Shown here piece by piece: positions 42,482 through 55,043 of a stretch of 64,000 nucleotides of DNA. The DNA comes from Octopus vulgaris. Lineage: Eukaryota. Position 1 is the stretch's first letter, and each line of letters begins with the position of its first letter. The notes below the pieces were generated by a model. It made no database searches. It was given only the letters and a program-made list of their open reading frames with translations, and was not told the DNA's origin. The DNA is taken from contig OX597817.1 in assembly GCA_951406725.2 (NCBI GenBank), positions 129,332,001-129,396,000 on the forward strand, given 5' to 3'. A program made the position numbers and the translations under genes.

Positions 42482-43412
42482 GGTTTCGAATGTCCTGTCC
42501 GTGTTTATTGTGTCGTCTTCTAAGAGTTATACGTTCTTGTCCATGTTGTATTTTTCTACATACCTTAACATATATTCCAGGCGCCCCGTACCCCCCTTAA
42601 CATTTATGTGAGCACATATTCTTAATAATTGGTACGACTCTCTGTTTGTCTCTCTCTCTCTCTCATTTTTACTTGATCTGTCCCCCTCTCTCTCTTTTCT
42701 CTCTACTCATCCTCTTTTTCTCTTCTCTTTCCTCTGATTCTTTGGTCTAGTCTTCCACTACCCTCCTATTTCTTTGTCTCGCTCTGCACTCACAGGTCAT
42801 TCTTCGACACCCATCCCTTCTCCTCTCTGATTCCTTCTTTCTCTCTCTTCTCTCTCTTTGTTGCGTTTGTCCCTCCTCTCTCTCTCTCTTCCTTTGCTTC
42901 TCTTTCTTTTCTTTTCCCTCTTCTCTGTCACGTGACTGTTGGCCGAAATCTGCCTTTCAGCCTCTGACCCTCGTTCTGTTAACATCGCTGTTTTCGTCCG
43001 CCACTATAAAGGCTTTTTCCATTGCGCCAGAGAAAAAATTTGTTTGCTTGTTATCAGTCGTAAGACACTGTTGTTTTCACCGTTAATGCTTCTGTATTTC
43101 ATGTTTCTGTATTCCATTATTGTTTTTTGTTTTTTTATATCTGTCCCTTTTGCTGTCCTGGTGTTCGTATGCATTCGATCCTTCTTCCAGGAAATCTACG
43201 CTTCCAGCTTAGTTTTTCTAATGCTCGTTGCTTGGTTTTTCTTGGAGGGCTGGCCGTGATCTAGTAATCTCAAGATTAATCAGCCGAAATTACTACGATG
43301 ATCCGGTTCTTGACTGAAGACTGAGGGTTTCGAATGTCCTGTCCGTGTTTATTGTGTCGTCTTCTAAGAGTTATACGTTCTTGTCCATGTTGTATTTTTC
43401 TACATACCTTAA
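42479..43412 (+). mobile_element. ~845-bp non-coding element with ~90-bp terminal redundancy (sister subfamily of the tandem unit), in (TA)n
   Basis: 42479-42568 repeats at 43324-43412. It shares the CT-rich block, TCACGTGAC and the ribozyme module with 43426-45708. Confidence 0.82.
43262..43324 (+). ncRNA. Non-circularly permuted hammerhead (C-B-A order), variant subfamily
   Basis: TAGTAAT-C-TCAAGA … TCAG-CC-GAA-ATTACTA … TCTTGA-CTGAAGA-CTGA. Confidence 0.72.
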
Positions 43413-43990
43413 TATATATATATATAAGCATTGATACGACTCTTAATCTTTCTTTCTCTCTCTCTCTCCTCCCTTATTCCCCCTCCTTTCTTTCCCTCTC
43501 CATCCGTTTCCCCCCCCTTCTACGTTTCTCTATCTCTCTCACCTCCAGCCCCCTCGATCTGTCTCTTTCTTCTCCTCCCTCGTCCACCTTCTCTCTCTTT
43601 TCATCTGTCCCTTTCTCTTGTCTTTTGTTCTCACGTGACCGCTAGCCGCTGTTGAACGCTCTTTTCGTTCCAGCAGCCGTTGAAGCAACACGTACTTGTT
43701 CGTCTCCCTGTGGCCATTAGGCACAACTTCATAAGCTAGCCCCATGCTCAATTCGTCCTGTCGAAAGACCCTTGTCCTACGTCCTGGTTTTATTTTGTTG
43801 TTTATTCTTTATACTTTATTTTTACCGTTATTGTTTTACGTTTTTGTATTCTTATTGTTGTCACGTATTCTGTATTTTTGTTCGTGTACTTCGTTCGCTT
43901 TCCGTCCTCGTGTTGTATACATTCGAAGCTTTCTTCCAGGGGATCTAATGCACTTGGCTTAGATTTCCCGTGGCGGGCTGGCCATATCGG

Positions 43991-44052
43991 AGCAATCTCA
44001 AGATTAATCAGCCGAAATTGCTAAGATGATCTGGTTCTTGACTGATGACTGA
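43991..44052 (+). ncRNA. Non-circularly permuted hammerhead, unit 1
   Basis: AGCAAT-C-TCAAGA … TCAG-CC-GAA-ATTGCT … TCTTGA-CTGATGA-CTGA; predicted AUC cleavage after 43997. Confidence 0.72.
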
Positions 44053-44772
44053 GGGCTTCGAATGTCCCGTCCTGTGGTTCTTGTGTCGTCTCTGTGGCGT
44101 TTCATGTTCTTGTCCATGTCTGTAATTATTTTTACTGTTTACCTATATAATCGGCGGCTACGTATCCACAATTGTCCTTATACGATAAGTATATTTTTTC
44201 TCAAGCATTGATACGACTCTTAATCTTTCTTTTCTCTCTCTCTCTCCTCCCTTATTCCCCCTCCTTTCTTTCCCTCTCCATCCGTTTCCCCCCCCCCCCT
44301 TCTACGTTTCTCTATCTCTCTCACCTCCAGCCCCCTCGATCTGTCTCTTTCTTCTCCTCCCTCGTCCACCTTCTCTCTCTTTTCATCTGTCCCTTTCTCT
44401 TGTCTTTTGTTCTCACGTGACCGCTAGCCGCTGTTGAACGCTCTTTTCGTTCCAGCAGCCGTTGAAGCAACACGTACTTGTTCGTCTCCCTGTGGCCATT
44501 AGGCACAACTTCATAAGCTAGCCCCATGCTCAATTCGTCCTGTCGAAAGACCCTTGTCCTACGTCCTGGTTTTGTTTTGTTGTTTATTCTTTATACTTTA
44601 TTTTTACCGTTATTGTTTTACGTTTTTGTATTCTTATTGTTGTCACGTATTCTGTATTTTTGTTCGTGTACTTCGTTCGTTTTCCGTCCTCGTGTTGTAT
44701 ACATTCGAAGCTTTCTTCCAGGGGATCTAATGCACTTGGCTTAGATTTCCCGTGGCAGGCTGGCCATATCGG

Positions 44773-44834
44773 AGCAATCTCAAGATTAATCAGCCGAAAT
44801 TGCTAAGATGATCTGGTTCTTGACTGATGACTGA
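44773..44834 (+). ncRNA. Non-circularly permuted hammerhead, unit 2
   Basis: Identical to unit 1; predicted cleavage after 44779. Confidence 0.72.
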
Positions 44835-45551
44835 GGGCTTCGAATGTCCCGTCCTGTGGTTCTTGTGTCGTCTCTGTGGCGTTTCATGTTCTTGTCCATG
44901 TCTGTAATTATTTTTACTGTTTACCTATATAATCGGCGGCTACGTATCCACAATTGTCCTTATACGATAAGTATATTTTTTCTCAAGCATTGATACGACT
45001 CTTAATCTTTCTTTTCTCTCTCTCTCTCCCTCCCTTATTCCCCCTCCTTTCTTTCCCTCTCCATCCGTTTCCCCCCCCTTCTACGTTTCTCTATCTCTCT
45101 CACCTCCAGCCCCCTCGATCTGTCTCTTTCTTCTCCTCCCTCGTCCACCTTCTCTCTCTTTTCATCTGTCCCTTTCTCTTGTCTTTTGTTCTCACGTGAC
45201 CGCTAGCCGCTGTTGAACGCTCTTTTCGTTCCAGCAGCCGTTGAAGCAACACGTACTTGTTCGTCTCCCTGTGGCCATTAGGCACAACTTCATAAGCTAG
45301 CCCCATGCTCAATTCGTCCTGTCGAAAGACCCTTGTCCTACGTCCTGGTTTTGTTTTGTTGTTTATTCTTTATACTTTATTTTTACCGTTATTGTTTTAC
45401 GTTTTTGTATTCTTATTGTTGTCACGTATTCTGTATTTTTGTTCGTGTACTTCGTTCGTTTTCCGTCCTCGTGTTGTATACATTCGAAGCTTTCTTCCAG
45501 GGGATCTAATGCACTTGGCTTAGATTTCCCGTGGCGGGCTGGCCATATCGG

Positions 45552-45613
45552 AGCAATCTCAAGATTAATCAGCCGAAATTGCTAAGATGATCTGGTTCTT
45601 GACTGATGACTGA
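45552..45613 (+). ncRNA. Non-circularly permuted hammerhead, unit 3
   Basis: Identical to unit 1; predicted cleavage after 45558. Confidence 0.72.
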
Positions 45614-45702
45614 GGGCTTCGAATGTCCCGTCCTGTGGTTCTTGTGTCGTCTCTGTGGCGTTTCATGTTCTTGTCCATGTCTGTAATTATTTTTACTGTT
45701 TA

Positions 45703-45799
<97 letters not shown>

Positions 45800-45807
45800 C
45801 GCATGGT

Positions 45808-46139
45808 GAAGGCGCATGGCTCAGTGGTTAGAGCGTCGAGCTTACGATCGTGAGGTTGTGAGCTCGAATCCCGGACCGGGCTACGTGTTGTGTTCTTGAG
45901 CAAAGCACTTTATTTCACGTTGCTCCAGTTCACTCAGCTGTAGAAATGAGTTGCGACGTCACTGGTGCCAAGCTGTATCGACCTTTGTCTTTCCCTTGGA
46001 TAACACTGGTGGCGTGGAGAGGGGAGGCTGGTATGCATGGGCGACTGCTGGTCTTCCATAAACAACCTTGCCCGGACTTGTGTCTAGGAGGGTAACTTTC
46101 TAGGTGCAATCCCATGGTCATTCATGACCGAAGGGGGTC

Positions 46140-46141
<2 letters not shown>
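45808..46141 (+). mobile_element. SINE family C head with tail type 2
   Basis: Head and core match 20007 up to aaatgagttg, then an unrelated 3' half. Confidence 0.82.
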
Positions 46142-46219
<78 letters not shown>

Positions 46220-46244
46220 TATATATATATATACATGCATATAC

Positions 46245-46278
<34 letters not shown>

Positions 46279-46321
46279 GTATATGCATGTATATATATAT
46301 ACTTATATATATATATATATA

Positions 46322-46460
46322 TGGAGCCGCAATGGCCCAGTGATTAGGGCAGCGGACTTGCGGTCGTAGGATCGCGGTTTCGATTCCCAGACCGGGTGTT
46401 GTGAGTGTTTATTGAGCGAAAACACCTAAAGCTCTACAAGGCTCCGGCTGTACTCTTTCG
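46322..46460 (+). mobile_element. SINE family D 5' fragment
   Basis: Matches the 56277 head. Confidence 0.78.
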
Positions 46461-47614
46461 TGTGTGTATATATATATATACACACACACACACACATTTG
46501 TATAGGTTTATAGATACACATATAATGTATATATATATATATATATTACATATTTATATACACATACATACTATACATACACAATAAGTACGAACACACG
46601 CATATATTTCATTGTATATATGTACGTGTGCATGTGTATACACACACTCACATGAACATGTAATACTAACATATATTTATGTTTATATAAGTGTGCTTGT
46701 GCATGTGTGTGTGTGTATGCGTGTGTATGTATGCATGCATGAATATATGTATGTATGCATGGATGGATGGATCGATGGATAGATGGATGGATGGGTGGAT
46801 GGATGGATGTACGTACGACATACACCACCACCACCCTATCTACTACCTCGGAACTACTCTCGCCACACCATCTCACTTCACCCTTAACTCTCCCCCTCCC
46901 TCCGCCTATCTTCCTAAACCTTCCATCGTCTACCTGCTGTACAGCGGATTCTACAAAAGAGCTCCGGGGGTCGAGAATGAAAACCAGAATGATGTTGAAT
47001 TATGATTAATGAGTTCATAATGTTTATATATTTATTTGCATTTTGGGATGTGGGGTGAGATTTGAAATGCTAATACTTGTTCTTTCCTTCATAAACAATA
47101 TACTTTGCTCCTCCGACAAACGCCGACTCTCGCCGTCTCTCCACAAAATGTATTACTTGAAAATCATAAATTCGATATATATTTTTGTTTATCTTTTTCT
47201 CTACCACCCGTTATCCGCCAGTTCTTCTAAGAAAGTGCACCACACCTTGTCATCGTAATCAGAAGTCATTATTCACAGGGATCACAGATTTACAAAGGCG
47301 AAAATTAACCATTGCCACCTTTGGCACCTTTGTCAATAGTTTAACACGTCCCAAACACTTCAACAATCCCTTCCCTACAAACAAACTTTAAAATCCTCCC
47401 TCCAATCATATAAACTACCAACAACAGTTACCCATTACCCTGGTCACTACCGTTGTTGACTCTGTTATCACAATATGTTATAAACATCACGACTACTCTA
47501 CAACCAGAGCAATCAGCCGCCGAATTATGATGTCAAATATATGCGCGCACGTGTGTGTATGCGTGTATATATATGTGTGTGTGTATATATATGTATATAT
47601 ATATGTATATATAT

Positions 47615-47678
<64 letters not shown>

Positions 47679-47764
47679 TCATCCCAACATGTTGGACCAA
47701 TGAACTCTACACAGTTTTTCTCTCTCCGTATTTTATTTCGTTCTCTCTCCATTTTCCCTCATTT

Positions 47765-47800
47765 CTTTCTGTAGAAGAGCGTAGGCTTGAAACGTAAAAG
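47765..47800 (+). ncRNA. Minimal hammerhead-like motif, variant core CTGTAGA, in a short PLE-like element (~47680-47905)
   Basis: CTTT-CTGTAGA-A-GAGC gtag GCTT-GAA-ACGT-A-AAAG. Confidence 0.52.
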
Positions 47801-47986
47801 ACTTTTCCATTTTTCCTGAGCGTTAAACTAATACACCTGAATGTTGTTCCTACTCCTATCTTCGTCTCTTGTTTTTTTTTTTTCGTAAATTTGAACTATA
47901 TATATACCAGTGTATTTGCGCTGTAGAGCCGTTCTGTTTCATGGGTATGTATTTTGTTTGTATTTATATGCATTGATTGTGTTATA

Positions 47987-48044
47987 TTACACTGATGATA
48001 GAAAAAGGGATTATCCATTAATCTTGAAATCAAATGATGTGTAA
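47987..48044 (+). ncRNA. Type I hammerhead motif with G at the cleavage position (probably inactive)
   Basis: TTACA-CTGATGA-tAGA…TCTt-GAA-ATCA aa TGAT-G-TGTAA. Confidence 0.55.
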
Positions 48045-48247
48045 TTGAACCGTTTCATGAATCTGTTTCACTTATTTGCACGAGTACGGCACGTTTATAC
48101 TTCATGATGAGATCTTAAAGTAGATTTTAGACATTGGCGTCTTTTTCTAGCATGTTAGCGACTTGTATACGTACTCGCTCACCGGAAGCCAAATCACGAC
48201 CTGGTAATACCAACTCCTACTCCTTAAACACTGAGTAAGTCCATGAA

Positions 48248-48630
48248 AACTTTCCGAGAGTCCAAGAAGTTCCTGTGCACGAATTCGTTTTGAGTGGATA
48301 AAGTAATACACAGCACTGAATCCATTTTCAATACAATCAACCATAAAATTAGTGGCACCATAGAGATTGAGACAACCAGAAACCGATTGCACTTAGGTAT
48401 TTCATACGTGTTTAGCGTGTTTTTGAATGAAGTTCCAACGAAAACTAGTTCTTCACTCTCAGTGGTTCATGCTAGTTAACCTATAACCAGGACTCTAACA
48501 GATGCTGCTACTCCGAGTGAGAGTAGACCAGGGAACAATTGTGACTTAAAAGTTGGTTCAGCACTTCTCAAAACTCCAGAACTCTCATACCAGGGCCCCA
48601 CTACCGCATACAACTTGGATCCATACTCAG
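48248..48630 (+). repeat. Diverged repeat pair also present at ~51230-51590
   Basis: gagagt.caagaagtt.ctgt.c…attcgttttgagtggataaa…gagacaaccagaaacc and …gagtagacc.g.gaacaa blocks recur in the same order. Confidence 0.65.
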
Positions 48631-48789
48631 GACTCGTATCAATTTTTTTGTATTTCAAGCTTTACTTAATAGTTCTAACAAATTATGTACGAAAAGTACA
48701 TAATGAAACTATATCTTATCATAATCTGTTGCCTGTTGCCATTGTTATGTCGGAAGTTCAATTCTACGCTTATACCAGTTGGCTGGTTA

Positions 48790-49808
48790 AGAGGCAAAAA
48801 ACTCCCTGAGCCCATTTTCAACCATATCCACATTGTTGGACCTGACTCAGAAAAGGTATTAATCTAATACTGCAACGGCTTGACTTGTATGTAGTGAAAG
48901 GCAGCACTTTCAGTCCCTCAAGTTTCCTAGGTTTGCGCTTGACAACATTAGCATTATGTGTTGGGGCACTGTCATGGTGTAGGAATGCGAGTCTCCGATT
49001 GACCAATGCTGGGTAATGGGCTTTCTAAGTATCATGTACTCACTGCAGTCGTTAAGCATAAAGTTAAGCATTCACAGCATAACCATCTGGGACAAGTTCA
49101 AGGAGCAACGTCTCCTCAAAATTTCACCAAACACGCAATATAACCTTCTGCTCAACCGACCTTATTTGACAACAGATTTTGAGGTCTAGCCGGAGCGAAG
49201 CCATCTATTTCTCTTTTTAGGATTTCTCATTCCCAGTTACAATTTGACATCAAAAATAGGTATCTTGGGTATTTACCAGCAGCCTGGTCATTCATCAGTT
49301 CATGAGGAACTTTTCGGCAGCGTCTGTTCACAAGGCCGAGCTTATGGAGGTGGTTTGTGGAAGACCAACTTCTGCCGACAATATACAGGTGTTTGTACTT
49401 GGTTGTTGTTCCACCATTCATCTACAACAACACGTCTCCTTGACCTTGGTTTGACTTCGAGGTTGGTGTCACCTTCCTTGAAACGTCCGATCTAGTTTTT
49501 TGTCACACGTTCGTTGACAGATTCTGAGCCTTCCACATGATTAATTTCCTTTACCGCTGCCCTTGCACTTAGTCATTTATTCCACATGGTATGTAAAATA
49601 ACTCTAATTGCATTTTTCACTACTCATTATCAAAGCTAAAAAATAAAGAATAAGCAATTAATGCTTGTATGTTATTGATGAAAATAAAGAATAAAGTATT
49701 CAGCAACGATTGGACAATGCGTTGTATCAAATTAATCTTTAAACACAGAAATAAAGGTTGCCAAAAATCATCAGTGAAAATCCGAAAAACTTTTGATTCA
49801 ACTTGGTA
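48790..49808 (-). mobile_element. Degenerate mariner transposon
   Basis: Fragments LHKLGLVNRRCRKVPHEL (WVPHEL motif) and FLHHDSAPTHNAN. Terminal TA-CCAAGTTGAATCAAAAGTTTTTCGGA at ~49808-49782. Confidence 0.75.
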
Positions 49809-49815
49809 TAAATAG

Positions 49816-49865
<50 letters not shown>

Positions 49866-52331
49866 GTGTGTGTAAATCCATGTATATTTCTTTGTATATG
49901 TGTGCGCATGTGTATACCTGGACACAACACACGTGGCAGTGTATTTTCATATGTAAGAAGTTGGGAATTCGTGCCGCTGTTTTTGAGACGGCAATTAATT
50001 TGACTGACTGAGTGGACAATACTGGAAATCACAGATAATGGATCACGCAATATTTTCATTGGTTACACCAGATTGTTTTGTTTTTTGTCATCAATTTTCT
50101 TCCGGAGTTTGTTTTTATATAGTCTCTGAGAAGAGACTAAAATTATGTTTACAATTTTCGTAGGAGGAAATAACTTTTGGTGTTATTTGTCTCCTGCAGC
50201 ATGGCTGAGTTGTCAGAGGTATTTCACAGAGTCTATTCCTCTTGATCTTAATTCAAGTGAATTTAAGCGGAATGTCTTTCCCCGTGGGTATATCATAAAA
50301 GTTTATCATCCATTCAATATGTTATCTGTTGCCATTCGTGCATTGAATATTCGTACCGTTCAAGTTTCCTATTCGTTTTGCACATGACAGCTTTTTCAAC
50401 AATGCTCCATTTTATTTACTAACCCATGAGTCCTCTAACACTGAGTGCCAAGATATATTGGGACAGTGAAGTAGAGCTGATTCTGCCATCATATTTGAAA
50501 GAATGTGTAAGGAATTTAAAAGTGTTTTGTATTACTCCTATATATATGACATTTTAATACCATCATCCGTTGTAGCTGTATCTTTAAATATGAATTCATT
50601 CGCTAGACATTCTTCATTAAGAGGACGGTTTAGTGGATTTCTAATATTACTCTCAGAAAACTAGAGTAGTTTATTATTGCAATGGTTACAGTCACTAAGA
50701 GATTTTGGAGGTTATCTTCAATTGGAAACTGTTACCAGTTTTTACGCTATTTTTATAAAAGATATTGCAAGAATATCTCATATTCAGAAGAATCTTCAAA
50801 TCAAAAACAGAAAGGTCACTGTTAAATTTGTAGTTACCTTGTTCTGTATGAAGGATTGCATCAAATTATTTTCTTCATCCTGGGTTACATGATCTTGTTT
50901 TTGTTCTTTTTCAAATTTTTTTGTGGTGTTTCCAGTAAGTAACACGTATCATTGTAACATTCCTGATTTTTTTCTTTTAAGTAAGGAAGAAATAAGTCAC
51001 ATAATCTGAAAGTTGAACTGTTATAGTATACTTAACTTTATACAGATAAGAGTCTTAGCAGTTGATAGCATATTCCTGTTTTTGGAATTGACAAATAGTT
51101 GCACTTAAGCCCCATTAGTCCTTCCAAGACGATGGCTAGTTCACTCTTCATCGTTCTAAGAAATAAAATTCAATAGATTCATTACCAATGTAAATGTACA
51201 AACACACACAGACACTCACATGCATGCAAACTTTCTGAGAGTTCAAGAAGTTTCTGTACGTGGATTCGTTTTGAGTGGATAAAATATTACAGAATACTTA
51301 ATCCACTTTTCAACGCAATTAGCTATAAAACCAGTGTCACAACCGAAGGTGAGACAACCAGAAACCAACTGCACTTCAGATTCTGTGTTTGAGTATACCT
51401 TCTCCTAGTAAAAATTCCAATTTATATATCAATCCACACATAGATGGGACAATCACAGGGGCTACTACTCCAGATCAGAGTAGACCTGTGAACAAATAGT
51501 GGCTAAGAAGTACATCTACACTCTGCGCAAAATCCTGGAACTCACGTAGTAGGGCCCCTAGCGGATGCAGTTTAGAGATATACCCAGGACATATATACAT
51601 AGATTTATACATACATATATACATACTTACGTATGCGTATGCACACACACACACACATACACACATACACACACATATACACATATATATACACACATAT
51701 GTATATGTATGTATTTATGTATGTATATGTAAGTATATATTTATGTATATAAGTATACTTATATATGTGCGTGTCTGTGTGAATGTGTATGTGTGCGTGT
51801 ATGTGTGTGTATATGCGTGTGTGTCTGTGTGTGTGTATATCTGTCTGTGTCTGTGTGTGTTTGTGCCTCTGTGTGTCATTTATTTTCTTTCCCCAGCTGA
51901 ATCCTTCTCTACTTCTCTATTCAATTCTGATTTTCTTATTTTTATTCTTCTCGGTATTCTTTTTATTATTTACCATCATCGGCGTAGTTGATATCAATAT
52001 CATCATCAACTTCATCATTAATTTTATCAGCACACTTCATTCTACCCCTTCAACTCCCCTTTTCAATATCTTCATTTTCGTTTCTTTTCACCACTTCTAT
52101 ATCGTTTTTCTTCCTCCTTCTCTTCCTTTTCAGCTGTTCAATGTTACTTACCCTCCCACGTCCATGACATCTCTCAGAAATTTCTTCTTATAAGATGAGA
52201 AGACAGTTGATCGTCTGCAAAATAGAATCTAAATTGTTCATTAATAAAATATTCATAAACAATCTTGTTTAAATCTTAGATCAATGTCCGGAGTGTGGGC
52301 GGAGAAGCGAAATAAATGAGGTTAGAATGCT

Positions 52332-52410
<79 letters not shown>

Positions 52411-52421
52411 TATAGACAGAC

Positions 52422-52480
<59 letters not shown>

Positions 52481-52493
52481 GAGATAGATAGAC

Positions 52494-52549
<56 letters not shown>

Positions 52550-52555
52550 GGATGG

Positions 52556-52603
<48 letters not shown>

Positions 52604-52604
<1 letters not shown>

Positions 52605-54960
52605 TGTTTCTTTATTAGCCACACAGGGCTGCACACACACAGGAAAAATTACAAGGTAGAGCTTTTCTTTTGGGGATAAAAAGGGGATTTGGTTTTCGAT
52701 CAAAAGGGAACGTATAAGGAAAGAAAGAGGACAAAAAAGGGGGGGGTAAAAAATCGATCAATAGGGATCGTTATCACAGAAATGTCAATATAAGGTGTAA
52801 AGGGGAGGACAGGTGAGGTTTACCCGTGGAAAGAAAAGCCTACGGAAAAGATCACGGTAACCTCGGTCAATGAAGTCACATGTTATATTTTTTTACAAAT
52901 AAACAACTCCCTGTATTAATTTTTACGGTTCATAGGATCACAGTCAAGGTGGCTTCGTCATTCATACGTGCTATCCTTGCTACATTCACCCATCATTTTT
53001 TTTAAACATTCACTAGACAACACTTGCCTCTCTACTCTCACTTTCCTCTTCAAGTGATACTTGAAGAAGTTGATGAGAGATTGACCAGAGAGGAAAGTGT
53101 TTGTCTCTAATCCTTTCAGGCGCGTCCACCAGATACATTCTTTCGCCATAGCCACAAGTATGATAAAAATAGCTCTTCCTTCCCGTTTGAAGGAAGGAGG
53201 CGTGACGATATTAACGATAGACTCGGCTGATAAACCGACACGTCCCACAAGTGACAGCAGTCGTTCGACATAAGCCCACTGGTCGGAGATTGTTGGACAG
53301 TGCACGATTGCGTGCAGAACGGTTTCGTCGCTCTGCCCGCATCTCGGGCAGGTCGGCCCCGTGTTTCTCGAGCCATGCCTATAGAGCTTATCCCGAACGG
53401 GTAGCGCTTCTCGGTAGCACTGCCAGGACAGAGATCTCTGGAAGTTGTCCATAGGTCCCGGCCCGAAAGTTGTCTTGAACAGGCGGGTCAGGTATTCCTC
53501 GTCGACGCCCAGGTTTGCCTCAAGATCGTCGTCGTACCTCCCCTCCACTAATCACCTATAGAATGCTTTGGTTGTGTTGAAGTCACTCAAGGTCGACCCG
53601 GGACGGCAGAGTTGCTTGAGAGCAACGCGACACTCGCGGTGCCATTCGCCCTTCCTCGGCCTCTTTTTGATCCACGACTGCAGTTCGGTCATGGAGACGA
53701 GCTGCGGGAACGCGTGCCTCACAAACGGCGACCACACCTGTTCACCGTCGTCTACATAGAGCCGGAGATGTCGCAGTCTCAGCGCGTGTCTGCACATCAT
53801 CAACCACGGCAAGCCCAGCCCTCCTTTTAACGGGTGCTGACAGCAAATGGATCGCCTGACCATCGGGATGCATCCTTTCCACAAGAAGCGGAAGAGAATG
53901 CGTTCTAGTTTGGTGATGGTAGGGTCGGGACAAGGTACGACGGTCAGGCGGTAGTAGATGATGGACGCGATGTACGTGTTCGCCACCTCCGCCCGACCTT
54001 TTAGGGACAGGTTCCTCTCGGCCCATTGCCGGGCGAGAGTGACCACCCTACTCATTATCTCGTTCCAGTTCTTCTCCATTTGGATGTCCGGACCGAACCA
54101 GACCCTGAGCAACTCAACCGGGCCGTCCGTCCAGCGTCCCACGACGGAGGTACTGGTGGATGGCATGGGCTTGCTTCTCCAGGTGCCGAGCCGTAAGCCC
54201 ACTGACTTTTGCCGGTTGATTTTTGCTCCTGTCACCGCTTCGTGGTCTTTCAGTGTCTCGCCGACTTGCTCGATGTGCTCGTGGCTTGACACTATGACGG
54301 TGACGTCGTCCGCGTATGCAGACACGCTCGTCCCGCATCCCAATTCTCGCGGGATGCCTCTCAGAGTTGCCAGCTTCCGCAGTAGTGGCTCGAGAGTCAA
54401 TACATATAGAAGCGCTGAGAGGCGGCATCCCTGACGGACCGAACGTGCAATGTCGAAAGGTCTCGATAGATGTCCATTTACGCGAATTACCGAACGGATG
54501 CCTCTGTACAAGGCAGCTATCCAGCCGCGGAAGACGGGACCGAAACCAGCCGCTCTCAGGACTGCCTCCAAGTATCGATGGTCTACCCTATCGAAGGCTT
54601 TCGATTGATCCAAGCTGATCATGGCCCCACCCATGCCAGGTTCCTTAACTACTCTGTCTATGATGTAGCGCATCAGATGGAGGTTGTCATGGATGCTCCG
54701 GCCCGGCACGGCGCACGTTTGTGCGTTGTCGACCAGTTTCTCGATGACAAGCGCCAACCTCTTGGCTAACACCTTGGTCAAAATTTTCAGGTCTGCATTG
54801 AGCTGAGTGATTGGTCTAAAGTTATCTATAATGCTCCCCTTGTTTGGATCTTTCTTCAGCAGCGTTACGGCTCCTCGACTCACAAAACCGGGTATGCTCC
54901 CGTTTTGCTGCCAGTTGCAGTATACCGCTGCCAAGACGTCTCCAAACAAGTCTGGCATAC
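52604..54960 (-). mobile_element. 5'-truncated Tx1/L1-clade LINE (RT plus C-terminal CCHC), inserted in a (GATA)n/(GA)n tract
   Basis: RT motifs NFRPITQLNADLKIL, SLDQSKAFDRVDH, VRQGCRLSALLY and SAYADDV; zf-RVT-like ALPVRDKL…CPRCGQSDETVLHAIVHC. One in-frame stop near 53552 and a frameshift near the end. The 3' UTR ends AATAAAGAAAC. Confidence 0.93.
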
Positions 54961-54980
54961 AATTAGATAGACAGACAGAC

Positions 54981-55043
<63 letters not shown>

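Larger units (their letters stand above)
43426..45708 (+). mobile_element. Head-to-tail trimer of a ~780-bp non-coding element (retrozyme/PLE pseudo-LTR-like), flanked by (TA)n
   Basis: Units start at 43426, 44203 and 44985 and are nearly identical; no credible ORF; one ribozyme module per unit. Confidence 0.92.

Noticed and set aside
44026-44052. C/D-box snoRNA or canonical type II hammerhead reading of TGATGA/CTGA
   Set aside because: The boxes are adjacent with no guide region, and no local stem I forms for type II. The C-B-A pairing explains the sequence and the covariation better.
43539-45523. Repeated 70-82-aa ORFs in the tandem units
   Set aside because: Low-complexity, no recognisable motif, and not preserved in the sister subfamily at 42479-43412.
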